Both the position numbers and the translations under genes were made by a program. Of a DNA stretch of 59,242 nt, positions 1 through 9,040 are shown one piece after another. Source of the DNA: Chthoniobacteraceae bacterium (GTDB lineage: Bacteria > Verrucomicrobiota > Verrucomicrobiia > Chthoniobacterales > Chthoniobacteraceae); NCBI GenBank assembly GCA_031409655.1, contig JANNXQ010000301.1, forward strand, positions 1-59,242, written 5' to 3'. The notes below the pieces were generated by a model. That model had not been told where the DNA came from and did not search any database. It was given only the letters and a program-made list of their open reading frames with translations. Positions within the stretch are counted from its first letter, which is position 1; each line of letters starts with the position of its first letter.

Positions 1-1359
1 GAGATCATCGCTTTGGAAGGTCGCCGCTTTCATCATATCAGTCCCGACCCGGAGCAGCGTGACCGGCGACTTCACGAGGCTCGAACCCAAACGTCCCACC
101 CAGTTGGTCGCGAGATCACTGCCGCGCAGGGGAGCCGAGATGAAGATGACCCGCCCGACTTCCGGGCGGTGTTGGAAAATGATCGCGTCGGCCACCAGCT
201 TCTTGCTTTCCGGCGACATCGACATTTCGCCGGGCTTTTTCTGGAAAATCTCCATCCAGACCTTTTCGCCGGTGTCGGTGATGAGCAGCCGGCTGATGCA
301 TCCGCCCATGCTGTGGCCGATGACAACCATCTTTTTGTGCAGCGGAAAGCGCTTTCCGATCTCGTCCAGTTCGTGCCGCAGGATCGAGGCGGAGTAGGGG
401 TAGGGATAGCCACTCGGGTAGCTGTAAAACCAGAACTGGTAATTGCGCCGGATCGCCTCGTCGCCGCGCAGGGCATTGAGCATCGGCGTCCAGGTGGCGG
501 GCGAATCCATGAGGCCGTGAATGACCAGCACGACCGTCTTGTTTGGATCGTAAGGCTGGAGCCGCGCGATGCGGGCGGTCTCCGCGTATTTCTCCGGGCG
601 CAGCAGGCGGGCGAGTTCGAGTTTCTTCGGGTTCGTGCTCGCGAGCATCACCGCGATCGGCACGGTGAAATCCGCCGCGAGCGGGAAGCTGCGACCGCCG
701 AGGCTGACCTGCTCGGTGGCGAGCGGATCCTCGAAAGCGACCACCGCGCGACGGCCCTCGAAGCGAATGAGCGCGGTGACGCCGTAATAAACCCGCGGCA
801 GCGCGAAGTCCGCCTGCGCGTCTTGGTTCATCTCCCGCCCGATGGCCACGACCGGCGCACCGAGCCCCTCCTTCCGCGTGTGCTCGGTGACGTAGGTGCC
901 CTTCACATCGAACTGATCCGCTGGCGTGAAATCGTAGAGCGCCGGGTTCCAAGCCCTGCGCGCGTCGGGCTTGCGCGTGAGCACGTATTCGCCGCCCGGC
1001 AAAGGCACCCGCAGCGGCTGGGTCCACGGATCGAGCTTCGCGGATTTGATCGTGCCGAGGACGCGCGCGACGGCGAAGTTGTAGGTGTCGCGCGCCGCCG
1101 TGTCGCCGGGATTGCCAGCGAGCTGCCGCGCCGCCGTCTCCGCCACGGCGAGGTATTCGCCCATCGCCACGAGCGGTTCGCGTTTGTCATGCTTCATGGC
1201 GTCGGCGATGCCTTGCGGGATGGACACAATCGCGCCGACTGCGGCGCTCACGGGACGAAATTGCGGCCTCGTCTCCGAGACGGTCGCGTATTGCGCGCAG
1301 CCGTTGAGGAAGAGCGCCGCGGTGAGCGCGAGACAGGATGCAGTGATTCGGAGATTCAT
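1..1359 (-). CDS. Alpha/beta-hydrolase lipoprotein (esterase/lipase-like), 3' end beyond window
   Basis: Manual translation (absent from the ORF track): MNLRITASCLALTAALFLNGC lipobox; MVVIGHSMGG nucleophile elbow; VIFISAPLRGS. Frame is open to position 1. Confidence 0.88.
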   Translation of the reverse strand, partial: MNLRITASCLALTAALFLNGCAQYATVSETRPQFRPVSAAVGAIVSIPQGIADAMKHDKREPLVAMGEYLAVAETAARQLAGNPGDTAARDTYNFAVARVLGTIKSAKLDPWTQPLRVPLPGGEYVLTRKPDARRAWNPALYDFTPADQFDVKGTYVTEHTRKEGLGAPVVAIGREMNQDAQADFALPRVYYGVTALIRFEGRRAVVAFEDPLATEQVSLGGRSFPLAADFTVPIAVMLASTNPKKLELARLLRPEKYAETARIARLQPYDPNKTVVLVIHGLMDSPATWTPMLNALRGDEAIRRNYQFWFYSYPSGYPYPYSASILRHELDEIGKRFPLHKKMVVIGHSMGGCISRLLITDTGEKVWMEIFQKKPGEMSMSPESKKLVADAIIFQHRPEVGRVIFISAPLRGSDLATNWVGRLGSSLVKSPVTLLRVGTDMMKAATFQSDDL

Positions 1360-1368
1360 CGGTGTGGG

Positions 1369-2625
1369 TTAGTGATTGGCGGCGTCGAGCGCGAGCATCC
1401 GATAAGCGATGGCGCGCTTTTTCAGCTCCGCGCAGAGTTGGTCGGAAAGGCGTCCATCGGTCCAGAGCGCGAGGCCCTTGATGCCGTCGCGGCTTTTGCC
1501 GATGGCGGCGAATTCCTCCGTGCGCCGCGCCGTCCGCTCGGCCCAGATCGCGTAGTCGAGCGAGACCGGCACGACGAGCGTCCCGTCCTTGTCGAGCGCG
1601 GTGATGATGCCGCCCTCGAAGCGGATCGCGCGCAGTAGCGCAATGCCCGCGTGGTAACGCGCAAGGATTTGCGCGACGCGCTGGAAGAAGAACGCATCCT
1701 CCGGCGTGAGCGCCCGCACGGCGTCGGTGAGGAAGGCGGTTGGATTCACGCCGATCTGCCCGAGCTCATCGGTGGTGATCGTCTCGTGCCACGGCGAAAA
1801 CCACGGGTGCATGAGAAACTCATCGGCCAGCGCGCGATCCACGCCGAGCGCGAGGAGCTTCTTGCGGTTGATGATGCGCAGGTCTTCCGGGGTCGAGTTG
1901 ATCAGCGTGTCCTGGAGTGTCTGATTCACGCCGACCACGGAGAGCGCGGTGCCCGCGCCGCCGCCCACTGCCGCCGTCGCCGCGCTGACCACGAGCCCAC
2001 CGCCCGCCATCGCCCGCGCCGTGCTCGTGAGTTCGCGCTGGAGTTCCTCGTTCGTCGTGTAAGGGCTCACGCCGAGTTGTGCGGCAAGTTTCGCCTTCGC
2101 CTTGCTCACACCGGTAATGCCTTGCAGCGGATTCCTGCCTTCCTCCTCGCTTCGCCCGCCCTTCAAGCCTTCGCCGATGCGACCAAAGAACCGCGATGCG
2201 CCCCGCGGCACATTCTTGATCGTGCCAATCGGATCGCGCACCACGCCCACGACGCTCTCGACCTTCGCTTCGGCGGTCTTCGCGAGCGCCTTGCCAAATT
2301 CCTCCGTCTTGCTCAGCCCCCGCAGGTGATCGAGCGCATAGAATTCGCGAATGCGGTTAGTGAGCGCCGGCGTCCCGGTGACTTCCAGCACGCCCTCGGA
2401 GGTGTCGAGGAAGTAGGTGTTGTGCAGCCCATCATTGTCAGCCAGCGGGCGCACGGTGTGCAGGCGGCCCGTCATCAACTCGGCGGGGATGAAGTCCTTC
2501 GCGGCGACCGCCCCGTCTTGCTCGAAGGACTTCTCAAACTGCGCGAGGAAAGCCGCGTCGTCAGTTTGCGCGGATGCGCCAGCAACGATGGAAAGGAGGG
2601 TGAGCAGGAAGGATTTGAGTTTCAT
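1369..2625 (-). CDS. Secreted hypothetical protein
   Basis: 418-aa ORF with signal peptide MKLKSFLLTLLSIVAGASA and host-like codon usage; 9 nt from the hydrolase start. Confidence 0.8.
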   Translation of the reverse strand: MKLKSFLLTLLSIVAGASAQTDDAAFLAQFEKSFEQDGAVAAKDFIPAELMTGRLHTVRPLADNDGLHNTYFLDTSEGVLEVTGTPALTNRIREFYALDHLRGLSKTEEFGKALAKTAEAKVESVVGVVRDPIGTIKNVPRGASRFFGRIGEGLKGGRSEEEGRNPLQGITGVSKAKAKLAAQLGVSPYTTNEELQRELTSTARAMAGGGLVVSAATAAVGGGAGTALSVVGVNQTLQDTLINSTPEDLRIINRKKLLALGVDRALADEFLMHPWFSPWHETITTDELGQIGVNPTAFLTDAVRALTPEDAFFFQRVAQILARYHAGIALLRAIRFEGGIITALDKDGTLVVPVSLDYAIWAERTARRTEEFAAIGKSRDGIKGLALWTDGRLSDQLCAELKKRAIAYRMLALDAANH

Positions 2626-2662
2626 CGGTTGAGGGTTCGGTGGTGCGGAGGAAGGTCGCGGA

Positions 2663-3127
2663 TCATTGCACGGGCAGATCCATGCTCGAGTCGGACGCCG
2701 AGTTATCGAGGCTCAGGCGCATCGAGAAGCCGAGGATGTTCAGTTCGGGATCCCGCGTGCGCAGGTCGTGCTGGCGGCCGTAGTAGAGATCGAGCACCCA
2801 GTTGCGCCGCATCTTTTTCTCGAGGCCCACATAGAGCCGGTTGCGCGTCCACTCATCGGCTCGCGTGTCGTAGAAAAGCTCATCCGCGACGTAGGCGGCG
2901 ACACCCCACGCCTCGGGGCCGAAGGCGCGCTTGAGCTTGAGCCGCGGGCGCACCCGCCAGCCGTCGGCCTGCTCGTGTCGGAGAGTGAGTTGCGCGCCGT
3001 GCGTAATCGCCAGACCGTCCTTGTCATAGTCCACCCCGAGCGCGCGGTAGCCGACTCCGGTAAACGCGTCGCGCGAAAGCTGGAAGCCGAGCGCGGCGAA
3101 CCCGTCAACCAGTCCGTCGCCGCGAGC
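2663..3127 (-). pseudogene. Chimeric outer-membrane beta-barrel remnant (porin-like C-terminus fused to DUF2490-like C-terminus)
   Basis: No signal peptide or clear start. GVGYRALGVDYDKDGLAITHGAQLTL is followed by WRVRPRLKL...AYVADELFYD...RNRLYVG...LDLYY. In-frame TAG at 3128-3130. Confidence 0.6.
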
Positions 3128-3129
3128 CT

Positions 3130-3155
3130 AAAAAATGGGTTCGTTTGGCAAAAAT
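3130..3155 (-). other. TTTTTGCCAAACGAACCCATTTTT motif at island edge
   Basis: AT-flanked motif just after the stop of 3168..4067 and directly abutting the truncated barrel gene. Confidence 0.5.
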
Positions 3156-3167
3156 TCGCTCTTTCGT

Positions 3168-4067
3168 TCACGCCCGGTCCGAGACTTCCACGGATAGCGG
3201 CGCGGGGATCGCCTCGCCCCGCCGCATCCGCTGCACGCGTTCGAGCTGCGCCATCGCCCGATACATCTGCCGCTCCAGCTTCGTCTCGTAGCGCAGGATT
3301 TTGTCGAGCACCGCTCCGGAGGGCAGTACCGCCGCCGCCTGCCGCGCCTCCCCCTCGGATTCCTCCTCCTCCACACAGTGCCCCTGCCAGCTTCGGAAGC
3401 CTGCGATCTTCCGATCTAGAAAGGCCAAAGTCTCGTCCTTTCGCCGGTCCCGCGCCACGGCATCCAGCCGATCTGGGTCCGCCTCGAGGTTGCGGCGGAA
3501 GGCCTCCAACTCCTGCGTCAGGCTATTCGGTTTGCCACCGAGTTGTCCGGCCAGCTTCTGCACGGCACCCTCGGTCAGCACGCCTTCTGCCTCCACGGCG
3601 CCGCGCATCTCGCCCACCCAGCTCACCAGGATGGCATTGCCGATCGAGGATTTTTCCATGGCGGGAATGGGATCGCCAAACACCGTCCATTGCATCCATT
3701 GCAGCACAGGGTGCGTCCCACGTGTCCGTTTTCGGTGGCCGCTATCCACGTTGAGTGCGATTTCGCCGGCCTCGGCCGTCAGCGCCCGGCGCAGCCGCCA
3801 ATGGGCCGTTACGATTTGATCCACGAGCATCTCCTCCAGCGGCCCGGCGGGCTCCAACTCGTCCCAAAACCGGCAGTGCAGCGCCTCCAGCTCCTGCATG
3901 CTTTCCTGCAAATTCAGGCCACGCACCAGCACCTGCTTCGAGAGGATGCCGTGTTTGAGCGCATTCATCCGGGAAACCGCGCGCCCTTTCGGGGTCCGCG
4001 GACCGGTGGATTTCATCGCATTCCGCCGATTGGCGGCGAGCTGCTTCGGTGATGGTGTCTTGGGCAT
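3168..4067 (-). CDS. Hypothetical protein with N-terminal ANRRNA-x-KSTGPRT-x-NALKHG motif
   Basis: 299 aa; KQLAANRRNAMKSTGPRTPKGRAVSRMNALKHG, EEMLVDQIVTAHWRLRR, ILRYETKLERQMYRA are typical of this widespread uncharacterised family. Confidence 0.85.
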   Translation of the reverse strand: MPKTPSPKQLAANRRNAMKSTGPRTPKGRAVSRMNALKHGILSKQVLVRGLNLQESMQELEALHCRFWDELEPAGPLEEMLVDQIVTAHWRLRRALTAEAGEIALNVDSGHRKRTRGTHPVLQWMQWTVFGDPIPAMEKSSIGNAILVSWVGEMRGAVEAEGVLTEGAVQKLAGQLGGKPNSLTQELEAFRRNLEADPDRLDAVARDRRKDETLAFLDRKIAGFRSWQGHCVEEEESEGEARQAAAVLPSGAVLDKILRYETKLERQMYRAMAQLERVQRMRRGEAIPAPLSVEVSDRA

Positions 4068-4071
4068 ACGC

Positions 4072-4263
4072 TTAGCGATACCTCCCGCGGATATTGCGAG
4101 CGTAGTAACTGCCCTTGCAGGACGCGCCCATCAGGCCGCGAAATACGGACTCGGGCACGCCGGGGTGATCGTAGATGCGCCCGCCGTGAAATTCGACGGT
4201 GAGCGTGTAGTCGTCGTAGCCGACGGCGCGGATGGCGGAAGACTGAACACGAATCATGGTCAT
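4072..4263 (-). CDS. KTSC domain protein
   Basis: VQSSAIRAVGYD...LTVEFHGGRIYDHPGVPESVFRGLMGASCKGSYYARNIRGRY; GGAGG-type RBS upstream. Confidence 0.92.
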   Translation of the reverse strand: MTMIRVQSSAIRAVGYDDYTLTVEFHGGRIYDHPGVPESVFRGLMGASCKGSYYARNIRGRYR

Positions 4264-4415
4264 GCTCCCATTCCTCCCTCTGTGTTTAGTTTGCTTGGAT
4301 CATCTGCCGCAGTGGTGCCGGCGTGGTGTGGTATAGTATTCACGGAACAAACCACTATGCACACGCGACGCATGTTAAAGCGGGAAGGCCGCTAAGCCGT
4401 GGATAGCTGCCCGTC

Positions 4416-4440
4416 TCGTATGCGAAGGCTTCGCATACGA
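4416..4440. promoter_or_regulatory. 25-bp palindrome (operator or terminator stem)
   Basis: TCGTATGCGAAG-G-CTTCGCATACGA: perfect 12-bp arms around a 1-nt centre, 7 nt past the stop of 4448..5548. Confidence 0.55.
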
Positions 4441-4447
4441 AGCCGCT

Positions 4448-5548
4448 TCACGCGAAGATCTTCGCGCCTGCCCTGCGGGCAAACTGATTCACCTTGTTCC
4501 GGCAGTTGTCCGAAAGCGCCTTCCACTTTGCCCCTTCTGTCCCGTTGTCCGTCAGCTTGCCAAGCTCTGCCCATAGTCCCGCGTTGTGGGCTGGTGTCTT
4601 TTTGAGGCGCTCAAATTCCTCCCGGACCATTGGCTTTACCCGCAGCGTCCACCACGCTTTTGGGTCGTCTTCAAACTTCGGCAAGCTCGCGCAGACCATG
4701 GCGAGTTCAAATTTCGTGGGATAGAGACCTCGGCGCAATGACTCCTCCACACTCATGCCCCGATAGGTCTCCGTGGTTTCATGGAAGTTCTTCAGGCGTT
4801 CCAAGCTCTCCCGTTCGCATTCCACTTGCCGCCGCCAATACATGATCGAGTCCAGTATGTTCGCGACCAGATGCCCGCACATTTCCCCGATTCGCGCCTT
4901 GTCCTCCGTCATGGGTCCAGCGGGGTGCTTTTCGCCGAGATGAATGGCTTTACCGATTGCCTCGGCATCCGCCGCGTATTTCGGATTTCTCGCACGCAGG
5001 GAGGGCATCGTGAGCGATGACTCCGCCGCGCCGATGAAATCCTCCGGGTGCGCTTGCGCCAGGCGGATGAAAGTTTCCGTCAGGATTTTTGCCTGGTAAA
5101 ACACCGCTCGCCTCGCATCAGGGATGCCTTTGTCCGCCAACCGCACCAACTGCTGGTTGAGATACTCCAGGCGAGACTTCAGGCAAACGAAGGCATCATC
5201 CCACTCTGAGAATATGGAGCCATCTTTGCAGAAATACCTTTGTTCCAATTTGCCTGACCGGATCAGCTTCAGGAGCAGCGACGTTCCGTGGTCCATCGCC
5301 TCGTGCGCCTTGCGCAGGACGGCCTTGGGGTCTTTCGCAATCTGCCGCTCAATCGCATCGTGTTCCGCCAGCTTCTTGTTCTGCTCGGGCGTCCGCTTCT
5401 TTCGCTGCCGCATTTGAGCCATGCGGAAATAGTCCAATTCCTCAAAGTCATTCGCGGCGAGAAGTTCCTCCTCCTCTTCTGGCCACTTGGGCGGGGGTTC
5501 GAGAAGCAACCGGCGTTGCGGCGGCTTGGGCTTTGCCTTCTTCTTCAT
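4448..5548 (-). CDS. Hypothetical protein coupled to the type IIG RM gene
   Basis: 366-aa ORF, lower GC than flanks; ATGA overlap with the RM stop; no recognised motif. Confidence 0.75.
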   Translation of the reverse strand: MKKKAKPKPPQRRLLLEPPPKWPEEEEELLAANDFEELDYFRMAQMRQRKKRTPEQNKKLAEHDAIERQIAKDPKAVLRKAHEAMDHGTSLLLKLIRSGKLEQRYFCKDGSIFSEWDDAFVCLKSRLEYLNQQLVRLADKGIPDARRAVFYQAKILTETFIRLAQAHPEDFIGAAESSLTMPSLRARNPKYAADAEAIGKAIHLGEKHPAGPMTEDKARIGEMCGHLVANILDSIMYWRRQVECERESLERLKNFHETTETYRGMSVEESLRRGLYPTKFELAMVCASLPKFEDDPKAWWTLRVKPMVREEFERLKKTPAHNAGLWAELGKLTDNGTEGAKWKALSDNCRNKVNQFARRAGAKIFA

Positions 5549-8500
5549 GGCTCCGGCCTCGGGATCGGCATGCGTGGAGGTGCGGTGTCCCAGAGGAGGG
5601 CGATCTCATCGGAAGTCAGCTCGTAGGCTTGGTTCACGAGGTCGCTGAGGGTGCGCTCCAGCTTCAGCGCTTCGGCGGCGAGGGTGCGCGCGGGTTCGAT
5701 GGTGCGGGTGTATTCGGTGCGCAGGGCTTCCAGGCCAGCGGCGGTGAGCGGGAGTTTCTTGCCGCGGATGCGCTTCACTTCGGCGACGAAGCTGTCGGAA
5801 TCGAGGTCGGTCAGGGCCTGGAGTTTGTTGCCGGGCTTTTCGATGGCGTATTCCACGCGCAGCCAGTCGAGCACCGTGCGGTGGGTCTGCTGGTGGCTCG
5901 CGGTGATCTCAATCAGGCGGCGCACGGCGGACTCGGTCGCTTCACGGATCGGACCCGTCGGCTCGGCGATGGGAAGTTCAGTCATCTTGAACGTCACGAG
6001 TGAGAGCGCCTCATCCTTCATGTGCGGCAGATAGCGCCAGTTGTGCCACCACATCAGTGGAGAGTTCAACACGGCCAGTAGGAACAGGTCATCGGTGCTG
6101 AGGAAGAAGGTCTTGTTGTTACCGAAGCGTCCCGAGGCATCGAGCGAGTAAGAGGGATGGAACTGAATCTCCTGATAGAAGATCTTGGGCTTCTCGAAGA
6201 CTTCCCAGTACGCGCAGGAGCGCAGCTCCCACCAATGCCGCCCTTTGTCCTGACGCTTCCGCAACGGTTCTTCGAGCGGCTTCATGTGGGCATGAAGACT
6301 GGGATACACCTTGCGGAAGTTTTCTTCTGCACCTTCACCCAGGTCCGCCCACGGCCACGCGCGATCGTTACTCGATGGCAGGACGATCATCCAAAGAGTA
6401 GCCCAGTCGGAATTCCAGCGCCCAAGGTCGCTGCCTCGCAGGTAGGGCTTGATGACTTCCTTACACGCCGCGTGCTCGGCGATCAGCTTCCGCTTGCAGT
6501 CGTCGTCGATTAGGAAGGCTTCGTTGAAGCCGGTGAGAATCCCGCGGAACGCTTTCACTCCGCTCATCTCTCCGAGACGCTTTCCGACTCGGCGTAGTTT
6601 ACCGAGGAGACGAACGACTTCTGCCGGCTCTAACTGCCACCCTTCCGCTCCAAGCGCGGCCACGTCCATGTCCGCGCCTTCGCGTTCAATCTGCACACTC
6701 AGGTCGTCGATGCGCAGTTGTTCTCGGGAAATCGTACAAAGCCGCGCCGTCTTTGGTTTGTCGGCTTCCGTCGGCTTCTCCACGACGATGATGCAGGGAA
6801 ACACATCTGCCTCCTCGAAGATTTGTTTGGCGTGGCCGAAGTCCACCACGGACCTAACCCATGCCTTCTCGCTGAAGAAGCGCCGGAGCGGCTCGCCGTA
6901 GCCGGCCTTCATCCATTTGTTAGTGACGATGAACGAGAGCAGGCCGCCCGGTCTCAGCACCCGCACGCCGAGTTCGTAGAAATAGACGTAGAGGTCCGCC
7001 ATGCCGTGAAAGGTTTCGTAGTGGGCTTCCAGCCACGGCTTGAAGGGCGTGAGCAATTCCTGTCGCACATAGGGCGGATTGCCGACCACAACATCGAAGC
7101 CGCCCTGCGCGAAGACTTCGGGAAAAGCCGCCGGCCAGTCGAAGGCCTTGGGATGCTTGGCGGGGTCGCTGACGACGCTGTTTCCCTCACGGATGGTGTG
7201 ATCGAGACTGGTCAGCACCTTGCCGTGCGCGGCGGTCTTGATCCAAAGGCTGAGCTGGCAGATCTGGATGGCCTCGGCGTTGAGGTCCACGCCGTAGAGA
7301 TTGTGCTGGAGGATCTGGCGGTCGAGGTCGAAGAGGGTGCGGTGCCCGCGCAATTCCTCGAGCCGGGCATTGGAGATTTCGTAGAGCGCGTGGAGCTGGT
7401 CGAAAGCTTCGATGAGGAAGGCGCCGCTGCCGCACGCGGGATCGAGAATGCGGAGGCGCTTGAGCACTTCCTGCCACGCTTCCCAAAAGCGGATGAGCGC
7501 CTTGCGTTGCGGCTCATTCAGCGCGGCGAGGTCGTAGGCATTCGGATCGGCCAGCGCGCTGCGCGCCGTGCCGGCGGCTTCCGCTTCATGCTTCCGGCGC
7601 AACTCGTCGAAGCGGACCTTCAAGACGCCACCCAGCGCCTGCTCGACGTTGTAGCGGGTGATGAAAGCCGGGGTGTAAAACGCGCCTTCCTTTTTCCGCC
7701 GGCTCTTCGCCTTCGCCTCGTCGCCCGGCACACCGCCGCTTTCCAAATCCTGCCGGAGGCGTTCGAGGTCGGTGATGGATTGCTCGAAGATGTGTCCGAG
7801 GATGTCCACGTCGATGACCGGGCGGAGTTCCGCGGCTTCGTCCGCCTCCGCCACCTCGCGGGCGGGCCGGTAATCGTAATCGGCGAGGTCGTGGAAATGG
7901 GCGCAGACATCGTCGGGCACTTGCAGCGTGTCGAGGCGCGCATCATGGGCAAAGAGGCCGCCGTTGTAGGCTGGGATTTTCAGCCCGGCATTGCCGACAT
8001 CCACGGAACGGAAAAGGCCGCGGAAGTTATCCCAGATGGGCTTGGGATTGTAGGGATCGCGATGGGTGAAGGCGCTGCGCACGGTGTCGGGCGGGAGCAG
8101 GCTGCGGTCTTCGCAGAAGGCGCAGAAGAGGACGCGATCGAGCAGCCGCTGGGTGCAGCGGAGGATTTCCTGCGGAGCGATGGCGGAGTTTTCCGCGCAG
8201 AGACGGACGAACACTTTTTGCCGAAGGTCGGCGTAGAGCGCGTAGAACTTATTGGTCAGCTCGCGCCCGACGGATTCGGACGCCCGGAGCAAGGCGTAAA
8301 GATGGCAGTCGCCCTTTTCCGGGACGACGCGGGCCGCGCCGAGGAGGAAGACGAAGCGACGCAGCAAGGCGGCATCGCTGGCGAGTCGGGCGGTCTCGAA
8401 GCGCTCGTAGGTCTGCTGGTTTGCGCCCTTGTGATAGAGCCGCGTCTCCCGCATCGAGGTGACGATGATCCAGTCGCACGGGAGATTGATGGCGTAGCGA

Positions 8501-8910
8501 TACGCTTGATCGACCGCCGACATGCGCCGCCCGGCAAAGGGCCGTTCGAGCGGATCGCGAGTCCCCTTCCCTTCGAGCGCGACGACGAAGGTCTTGGTCT
8601 CCGCGTTGAATCGCCCGAGCACGGCATCGGCAAACTGGCCGTCCACCTCGACGTGGGTTTCGCGCGACAAGGTGAAGGTGTCGGTCGGACCAGCGGGACC
8701 GGAATAGCCGAGCAGACAGCCGAAAATGTCGGTGATGAACTCGGGCAGCAGCGCGGTTTCCTTGAAGGTATCCGCGCGCCCGGACGTGATGAGATCGGCC
8801 CAATGCTGTAACCGGGGCCGCGCGTCCTCCACCGCTGCCGGCAGCGTGAAGGCGCGCAGTTGCTGGCGGAGAACCTCCGGGTGAAAGAGCGGCTTGGGTT
8901 CGACGGCCAT
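5545..8910 (-). CDS. Type IIG (Eco57I-like) restriction-modification enzyme: endonuclease, N6-adenine MTase and TRD
   Basis: N-terminal ADAVLG...ALEGKG PD-(D/E)xK-like motif; GAFYTP; ILDPACGSGAFL (motif I); GNPPY (motif IV); TaqI_C-like FEKPKIFYQEI...LLAVLNS. Start placed at ATG 8910 (MAVEPKPLF). Confidence 0.93.
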   Translation of the reverse strand: MAVEPKPLFHPEVLRQQLRAFTLPAAVEDARPRLQHWADLITSGRADTFKETALLPEFITDIFGCLLGYSGPAGPTDTFTLSRETHVEVDGQFADAVLGRFNAETKTFVVALEGKGTRDPLERPFAGRRMSAVDQAYRYAINLPCDWIIVTSMRETRLYHKGANQQTYERFETARLASDAALLRRFVFLLGAARVVPEKGDCHLYALLRASESVGRELTNKFYALYADLRQKVFVRLCAENSAIAPQEILRCTQRLLDRVLFCAFCEDRSLLPPDTVRSAFTHRDPYNPKPIWDNFRGLFRSVDVGNAGLKIPAYNGGLFAHDARLDTLQVPDDVCAHFHDLADYDYRPAREVAEADEAAELRPVIDVDILGHIFEQSITDLERLRQDLESGGVPGDEAKAKSRRKKEGAFYTPAFITRYNVEQALGGVLKVRFDELRRKHEAEAAGTARSALADPNAYDLAALNEPQRKALIRFWEAWQEVLKRLRILDPACGSGAFLIEAFDQLHALYEISNARLEELRGHRTLFDLDRQILQHNLYGVDLNAEAIQICQLSLWIKTAAHGKVLTSLDHTIREGNSVVSDPAKHPKAFDWPAAFPEVFAQGGFDVVVGNPPYVRQELLTPFKPWLEAHYETFHGMADLYVYFYELGVRVLRPGGLLSFIVTNKWMKAGYGEPLRRFFSEKAWVRSVVDFGHAKQIFEEADVFPCIIVVEKPTEADKPKTARLCTISREQLRIDDLSVQIEREGADMDVAALGAEGWQLEPAEVVRLLGKLRRVGKRLGEMSGVKAFRGILTGFNEAFLIDDDCKRKLIAEHAACKEVIKPYLRGSDLGRWNSDWATLWMIVLPSSNDRAWPWADLGEGAEENFRKVYPSLHAHMKPLEEPLRKRQDKGRHWWELRSCAYWEVFEKPKIFYQEIQFHPSYSLDASGRFGNNKTFFLSTDDLFLLAVLNSPLMWWHNWRYLPHMKDEALSLVTFKMTELPIAEPTGPIREATESAVRRLIEITASHQQTHRTVLDWLRVEYAIEKPGNKLQALTDLDSDSFVAEVKRIRGKKLPLTAAGLEALRTEYTRTIEPARTLAAEALKLERTLSDLVNQAYELTSDEIALLWDTAPPRMPIPRPEP

Positions 8911-9040
8911 GGAATGCGCGAGAGGCCTGGCGGCAAAGTTATCCAGGGAGGACGCAATTGAGCCGTGACCAAGCGGCGGACAGTGTCTGGACCGCCCATC
9001 ATGCGCAAGCCCGGGGCGCAACTCCACGCTGCCGGCAGGG

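Noticed and set aside
13..1638. 541-aa plus-strand ORF and other long shadow ORFs (1651..2934, 6718..8811, 15022..17511, 53150..55984)
   Set aside because: Antisense to motif-bearing genes; Arg-rich translations without motifs, typical of high-GC DNA.
4416..4440. dif/Xer site
   Set aside because: Only an XerC-like arm in palindromic form; no 6-bp spacer or TTATGTTAAAT arm.
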